Shown one piece after another: positions 11,936 to 24,235 of a stretch of 64,000 nt of DNA. A program made the position numbers and the translations under genes. The first letter of the stretch is position 1. The number at the start of each line of letters is the position of its first letter. The notes under the pieces are model-generated. The model searched no databases. It was not told the DNA's origin and saw only the letters and a program-made list of their open reading frames with translations. Source of the DNA: Octopus bimaculoides (Eukaryota); NCBI RefSeq assembly GCF_001194135.2, contig NC_068982.1, positions 45,135,818 to 45,199,817 on the forward strand, in the 5' to 3' direction.

Positions 11936-12853
11936 TACAAATGTACTTTAGCTATAGTGGAAAACATCAGTGTATATAAAAAGTAAATACAACTGAACAG
12001 AAAGCAAGCAATCATAAAAGTGTAAATATCCTACAGCACAAGTTATACTAATAATTCTTTCTAACTTTTGGCACAAGGCCAGCAGTCTTAAATGGATGGG
12101 GGGAAGTCAATGACATTGACACCAGTGTGCAACTGGAACTTATTTTATCGATTCTGAAAGGATGAAAAGCAAAGTCAACCCTGGCAGCATTTGACAATTA
12201 GTAATATTCATGTAAAAATTATTATGAAGTAAGGCTACATAGAAGAGACTATAGTAGTGAACATCAGTACAAGATATACTAATGGGAGGCCCCAACTTCA
12301 TCATCCTGGGTCCTATAGGGACAAGGATAGTTTTTTTGGCAGGGGCTGCACCTTATATGCCATCAAATACAATAAACAGTATCTTTTATCTTTTACTTGT
12401 TTCAATCATTAGACTGCAGCGATGCTGGGTAACTGCCTTGAATATTTTTTAGTCGAATGAATCAGTACTTATTTTTAAACCTGGTACTTATTCTATTGGT
12501 CTCCTTTGCCGAACCACTAAGTTACAGGGAGGCAAACACACCAACACCAGTTGTCAAGCGGTGGTGGAGGGACAAACAAAGACACACACACACACACATA
12601 TATATATTTATATATAGACTTCTTTCAGTTTCCGCCAACCAAATCCACTCACAAGGCTTTGGTCAGCCCAAGACTGTAATAAAGACACTTGCTCAAGGAG
12701 TCACGCAATGGGACTGAACCCAGGACCATGTGGTTAGGAAGCAAGCCTCTTGCCATACAGCCATGCCTTTCCTGTTAAATGAGCAATGGCCCAAAATCTG
12801 TCACATCAATTAAAACAAGAATATATAAATATAGTAGCACATGTAAACTTTAC

Positions 12854-12940
12854 CTCTTGGGAACGAGATAAATAGATTACAATAACTGGGTACTATACTG
12901 AGGCTATTCAGTTTAAGGGTATTTAGACCAGCAGTCATAT
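12854..12940 (-). CDS. Candidate internal exon of the unknown minus-strand gene (DMTAGLNTLKLNSLSIVPSYCNLFISFPR)
   Basis: Acceptor cttctgtctttcag and donor aagag|gtaaag, 87 nt, open only as phase 1 to 1. It does not join the 18488 exon (phase 2) directly. Confidence 0.3.
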
Positions 12941-13044
12941 CTGAAAGACAGAAGATGAGGCCAACTCTAAACTGCTTGGCACAAGAATTTTTTTTAATTT
13001 TTTTTACAGTTAATAAAGGGTAGTTCAAACCAAAACTCTTTATA

Positions 13045-13465
13045 CATCATCATCATCGTTTAACGTCCGCTTTCCATGCTAGCATGGGTTGGACGATTTG
13101 ACTGAGGACTGGTGAAACCAGATGGCAACACCAGGCTCCAATCTGATTTGGCAGAGTTTCTACAGCTGGATGCCCTTCCTAACGCCACCCACTCAGAGAG
13201 TGTAGTGGGTGCTTTTACGTGTCACCCGCACGAAAACGGCCACGCTCGAAATGGTGTCTTTTATGTGCCACCCGCACAAGCCAGTCCAGGGGCACTGGCA
13301 ACGATCTCACTCGAAAATCCTACGGGAGCCAGTCAGGCGGTACTGGCAACGGCCACACTCAAAATGGTGCATCTCATGTGCCACCCGCACAAGAGCCAGT
13401 CCAGGGGCACTGGCAACGATCTTACTTGGCTTGCCGGGTCTTCTCACGCACAGCACGCATTTGAA
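13045..13465 (-). mobile_element. SINE-like family D (RTE-type 3' tail, internal GC-rich tandem units), young copy
   Basis: Ends ...cgtccaacccatgctagcatggaaagcggacgttaaacgatgatgatg on the minus strand and is near-identical to 40678-41478. Related copies at 15280-15700, 18960-19300, 24255-24450, 39765-40050, 56527-56630, 59950-60125 and 60500-60868. Confidence 0.8.
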
Positions 13466-13519
13466 ATAGCAACCACATATTCTGAATCAAGTAGATAATA
13501 ATAGCTATCATACAAGCAA

Positions 13520-14690
13520 CTGGGAAAAGAATGAGCTTAAATGAAATTCAGGGTACAGGGATGGAGTGCCACTGATATCCTCTTCCTGGTGAGAAGATCA
13601 GAGTACACTCATGCCTTCTTCCTACAGGAGAACGTTTTGGCTAAGAACAAGTCACTATATTTTGCATTCACTTTTGATTGTCTTGTAGTTACACTGAAAA
13701 CTAGGTGCAAATTAATGGCTTATGAGAGCCATGCAAGCTATTTTCATTTAGCATGCATGGCTCTGTTCTCAAGCTTCTCCAGGCCATAACATGAGTTTAA
13801 GAGTCTGTGAGAATCCCTAAACACTGATGGCCTAGTCCTCATAACTAAAACTGCCCAATTCCTAATGTGGAAGCAAAACACAGAATTGAGAGGTTTAAAA
13901 AGACAAAAAGCAACTGGGAAGAGGCCATACTGGATATGAAAAAAAAAAAAGAGTAGGAAGGGCTTCCATGCAGTATACTCAATGTAATCTATGAATGAAC
14001 AAGAGCTATAGTTGGATGTTAAGCAGGCTAACAGAGAAGGAAGACTTCTTATGTAAGCAGACACACAGGAATAGTTAGTAATAAGAGCACCTATGAAAGA
14101 AATTTGTTCAAATACTTGGCAGGCTCCCTGGAGGTGGTTGATAGCTTCTGTTACCTAGGTGACCTAATTAGCAGTGGGGATGGGTATTATTGAAAATGTA
14201 GCAGCCATAGTAAAATCAAGACTGAAAACATTCAGGGAGCTATTACTTTTGCTGGGAACAAAAGTAATGGAACATAAGCACTGAATGCAGAAAGTGTGTG
14301 AAAGCTGGAAAGATATAAGGTAAGCATGCACCAATGGATATGTAATGTTAGTGTCCACTAACGATGGAACATATATAGGCTGAAATGAAAGCTTGATACA
14401 AGAGGAATCAGCACAAGGGAGAAGATTGTACAAGTACATGCTTATGATGCATTTGAAAGATGACGGTTGGGTAAAGAAATGTCACATGACCATCCACATG
14501 GAAAGAATTTGTAGAAGAGAAACACCGAAGAAAATATGGGAAGAGGTGGTGAAGGCTGATCTCAAGTGGTTCATCCTCATAAAGGAGATAACGAAGAAAA
14601 TAATGAGATGTTGCTGTGATAAAGAAAACCTGTCCAACCTAAGCAAACATGGGAAAATGAACTTAAAATGCTACAGCTGCTGCTGATGAT
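13520..14690 (+). mobile_element. Decayed RTE-clade LINE (RT and 3' end)
   Basis: Fragments LQENVLAKNKSLYFAF, gatagcttctgttacctaggtgacc (FCYLGD) and KTFRELLLLLGTK, ending in an RTE-like tail with (gat)n. Confidence 0.75.
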
Positions 14691-14718
14691 GATAATAACA
14701 GTGATGATGATGGTGACA

Positions 14719-14937
14719 TTAACACTTTAGCATTCGGATTACTCTGTCAAATGTAATGCTTATTTATTCACATGCATTATCTGGTAGCTTTGAGATTTTG
14801 AAGATGTGATTGTTTATTTTTAGAATGACATTGTAAGGTGTGTGTGTGTGTGTGTGAGGCTGGATCTGGCCAGTTTGGACATAAAACCAGAAGAATAGTG
14901 GGGCCTGATATGGCCAGTTTAAATACTAAAGGGTTAA
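14719..14937 (+). mobile_element. piggyBac-like MITE
   Basis: TTAA-CACTTTAGCATT...AATACTAAAGGG-TTAA. Homologous copies at 61834-62048 (minus), 53520-53635 and 2568. Confidence 0.8.
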
Positions 14938-15818
14938 TGATGATTTGAGTTAAATTTGAACTGACTTTCTAAGTTTCTAAGGAATTGTAATTGGAAAAAG
15001 CAGACAGCAAAGATATGAACAATCATACAAAACTGAAATTTGCACCAAATCATGTAAATATAGAAAATAAAAAGAAGTGTAAAATTATGAATGGATAACA
15101 AATATGAGAATCTTGTGAAATAAGAGGAATATTTAACTAAAATCAACTATGAAATGAGAAATAACTGGTAAACTCCTAAATAATTCAGTAGAGAGAGAGA
15201 GTAGTGTAAAAGTTGTTATGGAATAACTTATACCTAGTTGAGTATTTCATATACAAAATTTACCAAAACCATTCTACTTCATCATCATCATCATTTAGCA
15301 TCTGCTTTCCATGCTGGTATGGGTTAGACAGTTTAACTGAAACTGGCTAGCTGGAGGGCTGCACCAGGTTCCAGTCTGATTTGGCATGGTTTCTATGGCT
15401 GGATACCCTTCCTAACACCAACCACTCCAACAGTTAATGGGTGCTATTTACATGTCACTGGCACAGGTGTCAGTTACGTGATACCAGCATCAACCACGAC
15501 TATGATTTCACTTGGCTTGATAGGTCTTCTCAAGCACGGCATATCACCAAATGTCTCAGTCACTTGTCATTACCTGTGTGAGGCCCAACATTGGAAAAGT
15601 GCTTCTTATGCGACACCAGCACAGGTGCCATTTATGTGACCCACGCCAGTGGCATGTAAAAAGCACCATTTGAATGTTAGGCTTCATCATGGAGGCAAGG
15701 TAATAAATACCTATCTCTTACCAAACAGAAAAAATATAATTGAAATTTCTGTTGTATTTTAATTGCATCCAATGATGCAGCATGTGGGACTTTTTGAATG
15801 GCACCCCTAACAAAAGAT

Positions 15819-16033
15819 TGGTGCTACATTAGCATACAGTCTACTGAAGTATCAGTAGTCTACACTGTGAAATGACCTGATCTGGGTTAAGATTAGGGTT
15901 AGGGGTTAAGGTTAAAGTTTTAGGTTAAGGATCAGATTTAAGGGTAAGGGTGAACGTTAAGGGTTAGGATTTAGGATTAATCTACATGCTTATGTGTAAA
16001 TGACCAGGTACACTGCACACTAAAAAAGCACCA
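15819..16033. mobile_element. TIR element with degenerate (TTAGGG)-like internal array
   Basis: Ends ggtgctacattag / ctaaaaaagcacc and internal ggttaagattagggttaggggttaagg...gggttaggatttagg. A related fragment (acactgtgaaa..cctgatctgggttaggg) is at about 57583-57615. Confidence 0.5.
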
Positions 16034-16659
16034 GAGAATTACCCTAAATTTTTTTTAGCAGTGCTGACCCCACCTGATAATGAGCCATATCACATGCAGC
16101 CCACTTCTTAAAAAAGGTTGCTCACACATGACCTTAATGAAAAAATACATTGAATAATGAGGTCCTACATGTGAAAGGAAAGGTTAAAGATAGCATAAAG
16201 ATGCCCACTACTGGACATATCCCTCTTCGTGCCGAAAGGTTTTTGGTCATACCATCAATTAGTTAATATAGGTGCACTGTCAGTCTTACATGAAGTAAAG
16301 TACTCTGCCCAAGGGTACAACATGCCTTCTGGTCAAAGAATCAAACCCACAGATCTTATGATCAAAAGCCCAATTGCTTAACCATTTAGGTCATGTGCTT
16401 TACTGGTCCTAGATGTACTATCTTTTCTCTTCTATTTGCTTCAGTCATTGGATTGTGGTCATACAGGAGCTCGGCTTTGAAGGGTAAAGTGGAACAAATT
16501 AACCCAAGTATTGATGTTTTTTTTAGGTCTGGTACATATTCTCTCAGTCTCTTTTCCTGAACTGTTGTGTTACAGAGACATAAACAAACCAACACCAGTT
16601 GTCAAGCAGTGGGAGGAGGTGAAATGTAAACAAACATACACAGAAATTGAAAACAGGGA

Positions 16660-16950
16660 CAAAGACACTCACATATACACATATACACACACGTACAAAT
16701 ACACACACACACACACATCTGACAGCCTCATACATACACAAACAGAAAAGGATACACACGTATGCAAACATATACACATCTACAAACACACACACACACA
16801 CACACACATTGGATAGCCTTGTACATACACATACAACAGATAGCCTCATACACACACAAGCAGGAAACATGGACACGTACATATGCACATGCATACACAC
16901 ATATATACATGCACGTATTTGCTTCATACACACACACACACACACACATC
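16660..16950. repeat. Compound (CA/TA) micro-/minisatellite
   Basis: CA-rich tract with recurring ga(c/t)agcctcatacatacaca units. The overlapping HT/VC-rich ORFs are artefacts. Confidence 0.85.
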
Positions 16951-17269
16951 TGCCAGGTTCCCAATTGTTCCCCTTGCCATTCATGTCACTAGCTACCTCT
17001 TCTTCTTTCAGTCATTTCAGTATGCAATGACTGTCTTATTGAGATGCGCTTGTTGTTTTCTCTCTCTATTATTTTTCTGTTTTCATCTTTTATTTCTGTA
17101 GAAGAGCATATGCCCAAAACAGAAAAGACTTTTCCTCCTACTTTCCCTGAGCATAAACTTAACAGACTGTCTAATTGTATCTTTTTTTACCTAGTTTTTG
17201 TGTTTTTTTCCTTGCACAAAACACACACACACACACACATATATATGGGTAATGAGCAAGTAGAAGCAT

Positions 17270-17730
17270 TTGCACCCCAGACAAAATGCTTAACAGCATT
17301 TCTTTTGTCTCTTTACATTCGGAGTTCAAATGCCACTGAGGTTGACTTTGTCTTTCGTCCATTTGGGTTTATAAAATAAGTACCAGTTGATCACTGGGGT
17401 CAATGAAATTGACTTACCTCTCCCCTCAAATTTGCTGGCCTTGTGCCAAAAATCAGAAATAATGTGTGTGTACACAACAAGCTTTCACAGTTTCTTATTT
17501 CCTTACTACCCACAAGGGGCTACACACAGAGGGGACAAACAAGGACAAACAAAGAGATTAAGTCAATTATATCGACTCCAGTGCGTAACTGGTACTTATT
17601 TAATCAACCCTGAAAGGATGAAAGGCAAAGTCGACCTTGGCAGAATTTGAACTCAGAATGTAGCAGCAGACGAAATACCGCTAAGCATTTTGCTCAGCGT
17701 GCTATCGTTTCTGCCAGCTCGTCGCCCTCA
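17270..17730. mobile_element. Two CORE-type SINEs (family C) in tail-to-tail inverted arrangement
   Basis: Plus copy at 17270-17460 (ttcgtccatttggg...ataagtaccag) and a young minus copy at about 17490-17730 (ctggtacttatttaatcaaccctgaaaggatgaaaggcaaagtcgacc). Confidence 0.8.
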
Positions 17731-18487
17731 CAGTTTCTTTCAACCAAATTCACTCACAAGGCATTGGTCAGCCCAGGGTTATAGTAAAAAAACATTTGTC
17801 CAAGGTGCAACACGGTGAGACTGAACCCAAAATCACATGGCTGCAAAGCAAACTTCTCAACCACAGAGCCATGCCTGTGCCTCTGTCTAAACAAAAAAAA
17901 AATCTCAAGGTGGTCATAGATGATGAACAGCTTAACAGAGGTTGTTTGACCATGGCCTACTTTGAGCTAAACCCAATCAATGACAACCACTTCTAAATCA
18001 TAGAATAACATAGGCCACAAGCCATAGTTACAACATAAGTCATACAATAACATTCAAACCAAAACTGAGATGGTAGATATCTGAATATCTAAAATGCTGG
18101 ATTTATGTGTCTACTTCATTGATTCCCATATTTCTCTGGTGCACTGCAACACTTGAGTCTACACCTTATCATAAATAACCTATAATTCTATAATAATATC
18201 CAGAAGACTGGGTCACACAATACACAGAGAATTTCCAAGACATAACAATAAGTCCAATACTCATTATTTAGGGATTTAGGGTTGCTTTCATTGAAAATGA
18301 TACCTTCAGCAACCCAACTGAATGGGGAATAGCAGCAGTTCAAGGAATCATAGATATATTCACAACTGACCTTGGGCTGTTATTACATTGCAGTGATTGA
18401 TTACTTGTGTGAACATGGCAGGTGGGTAAGATGAATACAGACATTACCTATTTGTACTTTTAATTTAAGACTAAAAGGGAATATTAC

Positions 18488-18708
18488 CTGAGAACAGGTC
18501 GATGACCAATTCCATCTGAGTGATAAGATTGTTGAGGAAAGACAAGTGGGAAATTAGATGTTACTACATCGACACTTGTTCCATCAACACTTTCAGAACT
18601 TGACTGAGAACCAGCAGTCATCATCTCCAAAAATTCATCTTCTATACTGTCTTGAGTATTTTCTGATGAATCAGATACAGATGAGATTTTGTCAGGAAGA
18701 GTATCCAT
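18488..18708 (-). CDS. First coding exon of an unidentified gene; Ser/Asp/Glu-rich, probably disordered N-terminus (MDTLPDKISSVSDSSENTQDSIEDEFLEMM...GIGHRPVL)
   Basis: Excellent acceptor ttttgttttcttttttag|G-ATG at 18710 and donor ctcag|gtaat at 18487. Only one frame is open. Confidence 0.65.
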
Positions 18709-19279
18709 CCTAAAAAAGAAAACAAAAAAAGTTCTTTAGAAAATAACATAAATAACAGTCTTAAATGAAACAAAACATTTAAAAAATGTACAGAAATAAG
18801 TGTAAGGTCCCATAAAAAATGTAACATCTTCCAAATTATATTTTTAGAGAATAGAATAGTGTAAAAGAATCTGTAAAACACTACTATTTCAATATAAATT
18901 AAGATATTAGATGATAAGGAATTGGGCTACTGAGACTGAGTTTTCTTTCTACACCATTATTTAACATCCATTGTCTATGCTGGCATGGGTTGCATGGTTT
19001 GACCAGAGCTGGTAAGCTGAAAGGCTGCACCAGACTCCAGTCTGGTTTGGCATGGTTTTCTACATCTGGGTGCCTTTCTTAATGCCAACCACTCCAAGAG
19101 TGTAATAGGTGCTTTTACGTGCCATCAGCACGGATGCCATTTGCATGACACTGGTATCTGCCATGACTGCAATTTCACTCAGCTTGATGGGTCATCTTCT
19201 CAAGCACAATGTAATGCCAAAGGTCTCGGTCATTGCCTCCATGAGGCGCAACACTCAATAGGAACTCAACCACTTTGCC

Positions 19280-20791
19280 TCCATGGGGCAGTCATCTCTC
19301 TTGCACACCATATCTGATGCCTCTTATGCCTAACTTTTCTCTCAGGATACTCTCTGAACTTTGCTCAGGCTATTCTTATTCTAGCAGCTATGCTCTCAGA
19401 GCATCCTCCTCCACTTCTAACTTAGTAACCTAGATAATGGAATCTATCGACTACTGGCAGTTGATGGATTCTATTTTCTGCACCTTACTAGTAGCATCCC
19501 TGAACATGGCTTGCACAGCTCTCACCAACCACTCGGCTATCCCTAGTTTCTGTACTGATTACCAAATAACGGATGAGGGGACCCTGTCAAAGACTTTCTC
19601 CAAGTCAACAAAGGCCAAGTACAGAGGTTTATCTTTGGCTAAGTATTTCTCCTACAGTTGTCTTATCATAAACATAGCATCAATGGTGCTTCTTCCTGGC
19701 ACAAAACCAAACTGCATCTCATCTAGGCTAACTCTCTTCCAAATTAGTTGGGCCATGACTCTCTCTATAACTTTCATCAACTGATCCAACAATTTGATAC
19801 TTCTGTAATTATTTCTATCTAAGGCATCACCTTTTCTTTTGTAGCAGTTGACTATGGTGCTGCTACACCAGTCATTGGGTATGACTCCTTCATGGACCAC
19901 CTAATTTACACTATGGGTGACTAGACCATAACCCACACCACCAGATATTTTTAGCATTTTAGCAGTGATTCCTGTTGAACTGGAGGCTTTCCCTGTCTTC
20001 ATAGCCTTAATTGCTTTATCTACCAAGGTATTGTTTATTCGGGTAGCTGGTCTCTCAACTGGGTCAACATTTGGCAGACTCTCTCCCTCCCATTCATTCT
20101 CTACATTCAGCAGTCTTTCATAATGGCATTTCCAAACCTCTTTCTTTGCAGAATCACTAAACGCAAGTGCACCATCATCCATCCGGACACATTTCTCTCC
20201 TGTAACATCACAATTTTCTCTCACACACTGTCTTGCAATCTGAAACACTTCAGTTCTTTAGTCCTCATGTTGCTGAACATAGGCAAACTACTACTTTTCT
20301 GCTTCTCCCTTGGATAAATATGCCTGTCTCTTAGCTTCCCTCCTGGCTATCTGATACAGTTCCTTGCTACCCCACCTCTCCCAGTTCTTCCAGGCCTGTT
20401 TCTTTGCTCTAATGGCCCTGTCTACAGCATCGTTCCAATACCACATTACCCTAGCTCTGGTTGGGACTTCGCACCACCCACAGATTTGGTCTGTGGCACT
20501 CAGCAAGCTGTCCTGCAGGAATTCCCAGTTGCCCTCTTTGTCACAAGTTTGTAGCTCTTCCGCCTTCTCATCAAATTTCTCATTTAGGATGTCCCTAAAT
20601 CTCTGAGCACATGAAGGGTCCTTAAGCTTCCAAATCCTTCTTTTCCAGATTGATCTGCTTCTTGGCATCCTTCTGGCCTGGAGTCTAAAATCACTAATGA
20701 CAAGTCTATGCTGGGGGATGCATTCTTCACCAGGCAAGGTCTTTGTATTTAAGAGTAACCATACATCCCGCTGCCTGGTGAGAATGTTCAT
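19280..20791 (-). mobile_element. Decayed RTE-clade LINE (end of endonuclease, linker, RT N-half, internally deleted)
   Basis: ORFs 20291-20791, 19901-20248 and 19652-19900 give PGEECIPQHRLVISDF, IPNDWCSSTIVNCYKRKGDALDRNNYRSIKLL and QFGFVPGRSTIDAMFMIRQL. Confidence 0.9.
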
Positions 20792-20995
20792 GGAGAGTTT
20801 GTTGGATTGCTGTGTTGTTGTTACCCTGCTTCGTTATATATTTTATAGTTACTACACAGTCATAGTGTAAACAAGTATCATCATAAATAGTGGCAATACT
20901 ACAATAATTGGTGACAAGTAACTACGTTACAATAGAATAAATAGTGCATGAGTTTAATTGACAAAAACAAATAAATGACCATCCCCAAGTATAAC

Positions 20996-20996
<1 letters not shown>

Positions 20997-21050
<54 letters not shown>
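20997..21050. repeat. (TA)n microsatellite
   Basis: Long pure TA run. Many other (TA)n, (CA)n, (TACA)n and poly-A tracts occur across the window. Confidence 0.95.
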
Positions 21051-21055
<5 letters not shown>

Positions 21056-22719
21056 TATGGGCTTCTTTCAAATCTAATCATAAAGACTTTCATTGGCTCA
21101 TGGCTATAGCAGAAGACATTTTCCCAAGGTATCATACAGAGGCACTGAACCTCAATCTCTTGGTTGGAAAGATAACTTTTTAACCATGCAGCCATGCCTA
21201 TAAGCTTCATTCAATAACTTTCAAATTTTATCAAAATTCTCAACTGCAAAGATTTTTGCTGCCGGTTGTACATTATTCTAGATATCCACAGTTGAACTGG
21301 ACAAGGTCATTTGTAAATGCCATTGTATGTTTTGACACAAGATGACAACTTTGAAAGTTCACATTTCCTCACAAAACTCCTACACATTTCATTTAGCTTG
21401 CTTCAAATTATATATATATACATTTATATTTCTATTATTATCATTATCATTATTTACATAGAAAAATTTGCCAAAATTTTATTTTAATAATTTGCAAAGA
21501 TTTGCATTTCAAAATCTGTCAGTTTGTTGCCTTTAAGATTTTCAACAAAGGAAAATGTTTGCTTGCACAAATATAAAAATATTGAATATAGGTTTCTGAG
21601 CTTAAATAAACTAAACCAATCAAAACAAAGAATTGCCACTGGTACTGCATAGGTGCTTTAATGTAGCACTGTATGGACACTTTTATGTGGCACCACACAG
21701 GTACTTTTAAATGGCACTGCCACAAGTGCTTTTCCACCAGATGGACCAGTCTTAACACTTATATATATATATGCCAGGCTTCTATCAGCTTCCATCAATC
21801 AAATCCATTCACAAGGTTTTGGTCAGCTTGGCCATAGAAGAAGACACTTGACCGAGGTGCCACACAATGAGACTGAGCCCAGAACCATTTATTTGGGATG
21901 CAAACTTTTTATCAAGCAGTCACGTGTGCAGGCAGCCATGCAAGTATCCCCCATGCTTTGGATTATGTTTTAGTCTCAGTATAGCTTTGTAAATATATGA
22001 CATACATTTACAAAATCAGCATTTTATCTCACTTGAGTTATATCTTCCTATATGAGGACAACATTGTCATTATAGTAGCTTGTATAACATGAGTAGTATA
22101 GCTAACTTGGTTTCTGGTTTGAAACTGCCTTTATTCATTGGAAATTTTAACTTAATGCTGCCAAGTTAATTACAAAGAAAGTAAATATGTGAATTGTGTG
22201 CATCATTTTCTTTATAACCCCTTAATTTCAAAATCAAATTTCTAATCCTGCCAATTATCATGAAGAAATGATTATCTCCTTTGTAATGTCAACAATAGGG
22301 AACCCCCATGTATCAAAATATAAAAATTTGCTATGGTAGGACTGAATTAAGGAGATTTATAAATCAAAGTTTTTCTTTTTTTATTGTCTCCTTCACATTT
22401 TTAGATTAAGTGCCTGAGATTATGATAGACAAAGTGAAAATGATATAGTATCAACAATTATTTTTCCAATTTCATTCATAAGTGGTAAATATCTCATTGT
22501 GGATGGTTTTACTCAGCAACAATACAAACAGAAAAATTAACATTCCCCACATTTTACTTCTAAATATCACTAGTATCAAATATCTATATATTTCAGATTG
22601 GTATACTTCTTTGAAAATGACTATACTAAAATATTTTAAAAGATAAGTTAATGGAAACAATAGTAAAAAAAAAAACACTCAGCTAGCAAATAAGGTTAAA
22701 TTGCTTGAACACGATAATC

Positions 22720-24235
22720 TCACTCATACTGCTGTTTCACCTGATGCTGCAAGTGCAAATAATGAAATTTTAAAAGATACAGAGATATAGGATCTTCCAG
22801 ACTGCTGGACACAAGAGATATACTAAAAATAGTATTCCTGGTTAATTGTAAAAAACAGAAAATTTGGTTACAATATGTGTGATCATCTTGGAAATGAATA
22901 AATACAAGATATTCATTTGTCTTGTGAGAGGTATAGTGTAGAAGGTATAGAAGTGAGTGATGAGAAGACAAAACAATGAGTTTAAGAAGTAGGACTTGAG
23001 TATAAAAACATGAAGCCTATTACAGATGTCAAAAAAATGTAATTGAAAATGCCAAGTATGTATGTCGCCAAAAAACGACAAAGCAAAAACAATCAAGATT
23101 TTATGTAATAATCTGATTTTGGCAAAAGGCCATTAAATTTTAGAGAAGTGGGCAAATAACTTACATCGAACCAAGTAACTGACTGATACTTTATTTTATT
23201 GTCCCCGAAAGGATGAAAGGAGAAGTTTACCTCAGCAGTTTTTGAACTCAGAACATAAAGCCAGTAGAAATGCTGCTAAGCATTTTGTCCAACATGTTGC
23301 TTGTATATAAGATTGGATTCAAATTTAGCACAAGGCCTGCAATTTCGAGGAAGGGGTTAAGTCGATTATATTACCCCCAGTACTCAACTGGTAATAATTT
23401 TATTGACCCCCAAAAGGATGAAAGGCAAATTGACCTCAGCATCATTTGAACTCAGAACATAGAGAATGGACGAAAGCATTTTGGCCAGCACAGTAACGAT
23501 TCTGCCAGCTCACCATCTTACTGTCTGTATATAATATTGAGCATAAAGGTAGACCATACTGAACAGCAAGAAAGAAATAACCTTAAGTCAACCTACATTT
23601 TAAGCTTTCATAAGTAATGCAAAATTATTGTGCACCATGCAGGGAACCAAAAATTATTTTACCAAACAATCTAAAGTATCTTTTATGATTGATGAGTCTA
23701 CTCAATCAATTGCAAAACAATCCTAGTAGTCTCATTGAGAACAACAGCTGGTGAATATTCTCACTTTGTGCGATTCTGTTTAAACTTAGGTAAATGCAAA
23801 ATATATGAACATGCAATAGGTTTCTAGGTAACTTTCTAAGTGGTATTATTATTATTATTTTTTTTTTTTACAGCAGTGCCTAAAAGAAAATGTGATGTGA
23901 GTTATAACTGAATGGAGCATCTGGAATGATAGGGGTGAAAATCAGAATTGCAAAACTATTTCTTGATTTTCCTAATACAACTACTTGGCACTATACAAGA
24001 CACAAGATTGCACTTAGTGTGGATGTATAAGTAAATCAACTTGCAGGTTTGAATCATTTTCAAACATATTTCAAAAACTTTATTGCATTCTTTCAAAGAA
24101 TCAAGCTGAGCTAAGTGCATGCACTGAAGCACCCCAATGTCACTTGTTGGAAATTGGTCATGCTTTTAGTCTGGCATGTGTTAGTAGATCTTACTGAACT
24201 GTATCAGCAATTTAACAATCACACTTCAGCCTTGG
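22720..24235 (+). mobile_element. Decayed hAT transposase, KIAA1586-like, interrupted by CORE-SINEs at about 23100-23520
   Basis: Plus-strand fragments DLPDCWTQEIY*K*YSWL, SKVSFMIDESTQSIAK, FPNTTTWHYTRHKIALSV...GLNHFQTYF and NQAELSAC...LLEIG recall the KIAA1586/ZNF862-type hAT motifs (IDEST, WHCxxHxLxL). Multiple stops. Confidence 0.7.

Noticed and set aside
13112-13498. ORFs of 80-128 aa repeated at 41237-41618 and 60477-60908
   Set aside because: They are chance frames through the GC-rich family-D repeat, not a gene family.
16511-17101. Many HT/VC/YI-rich ORFs (also at 25946-26479 and 42659-42918)
   Set aside because: Translations of (CA)n/(TA)n microsatellites.
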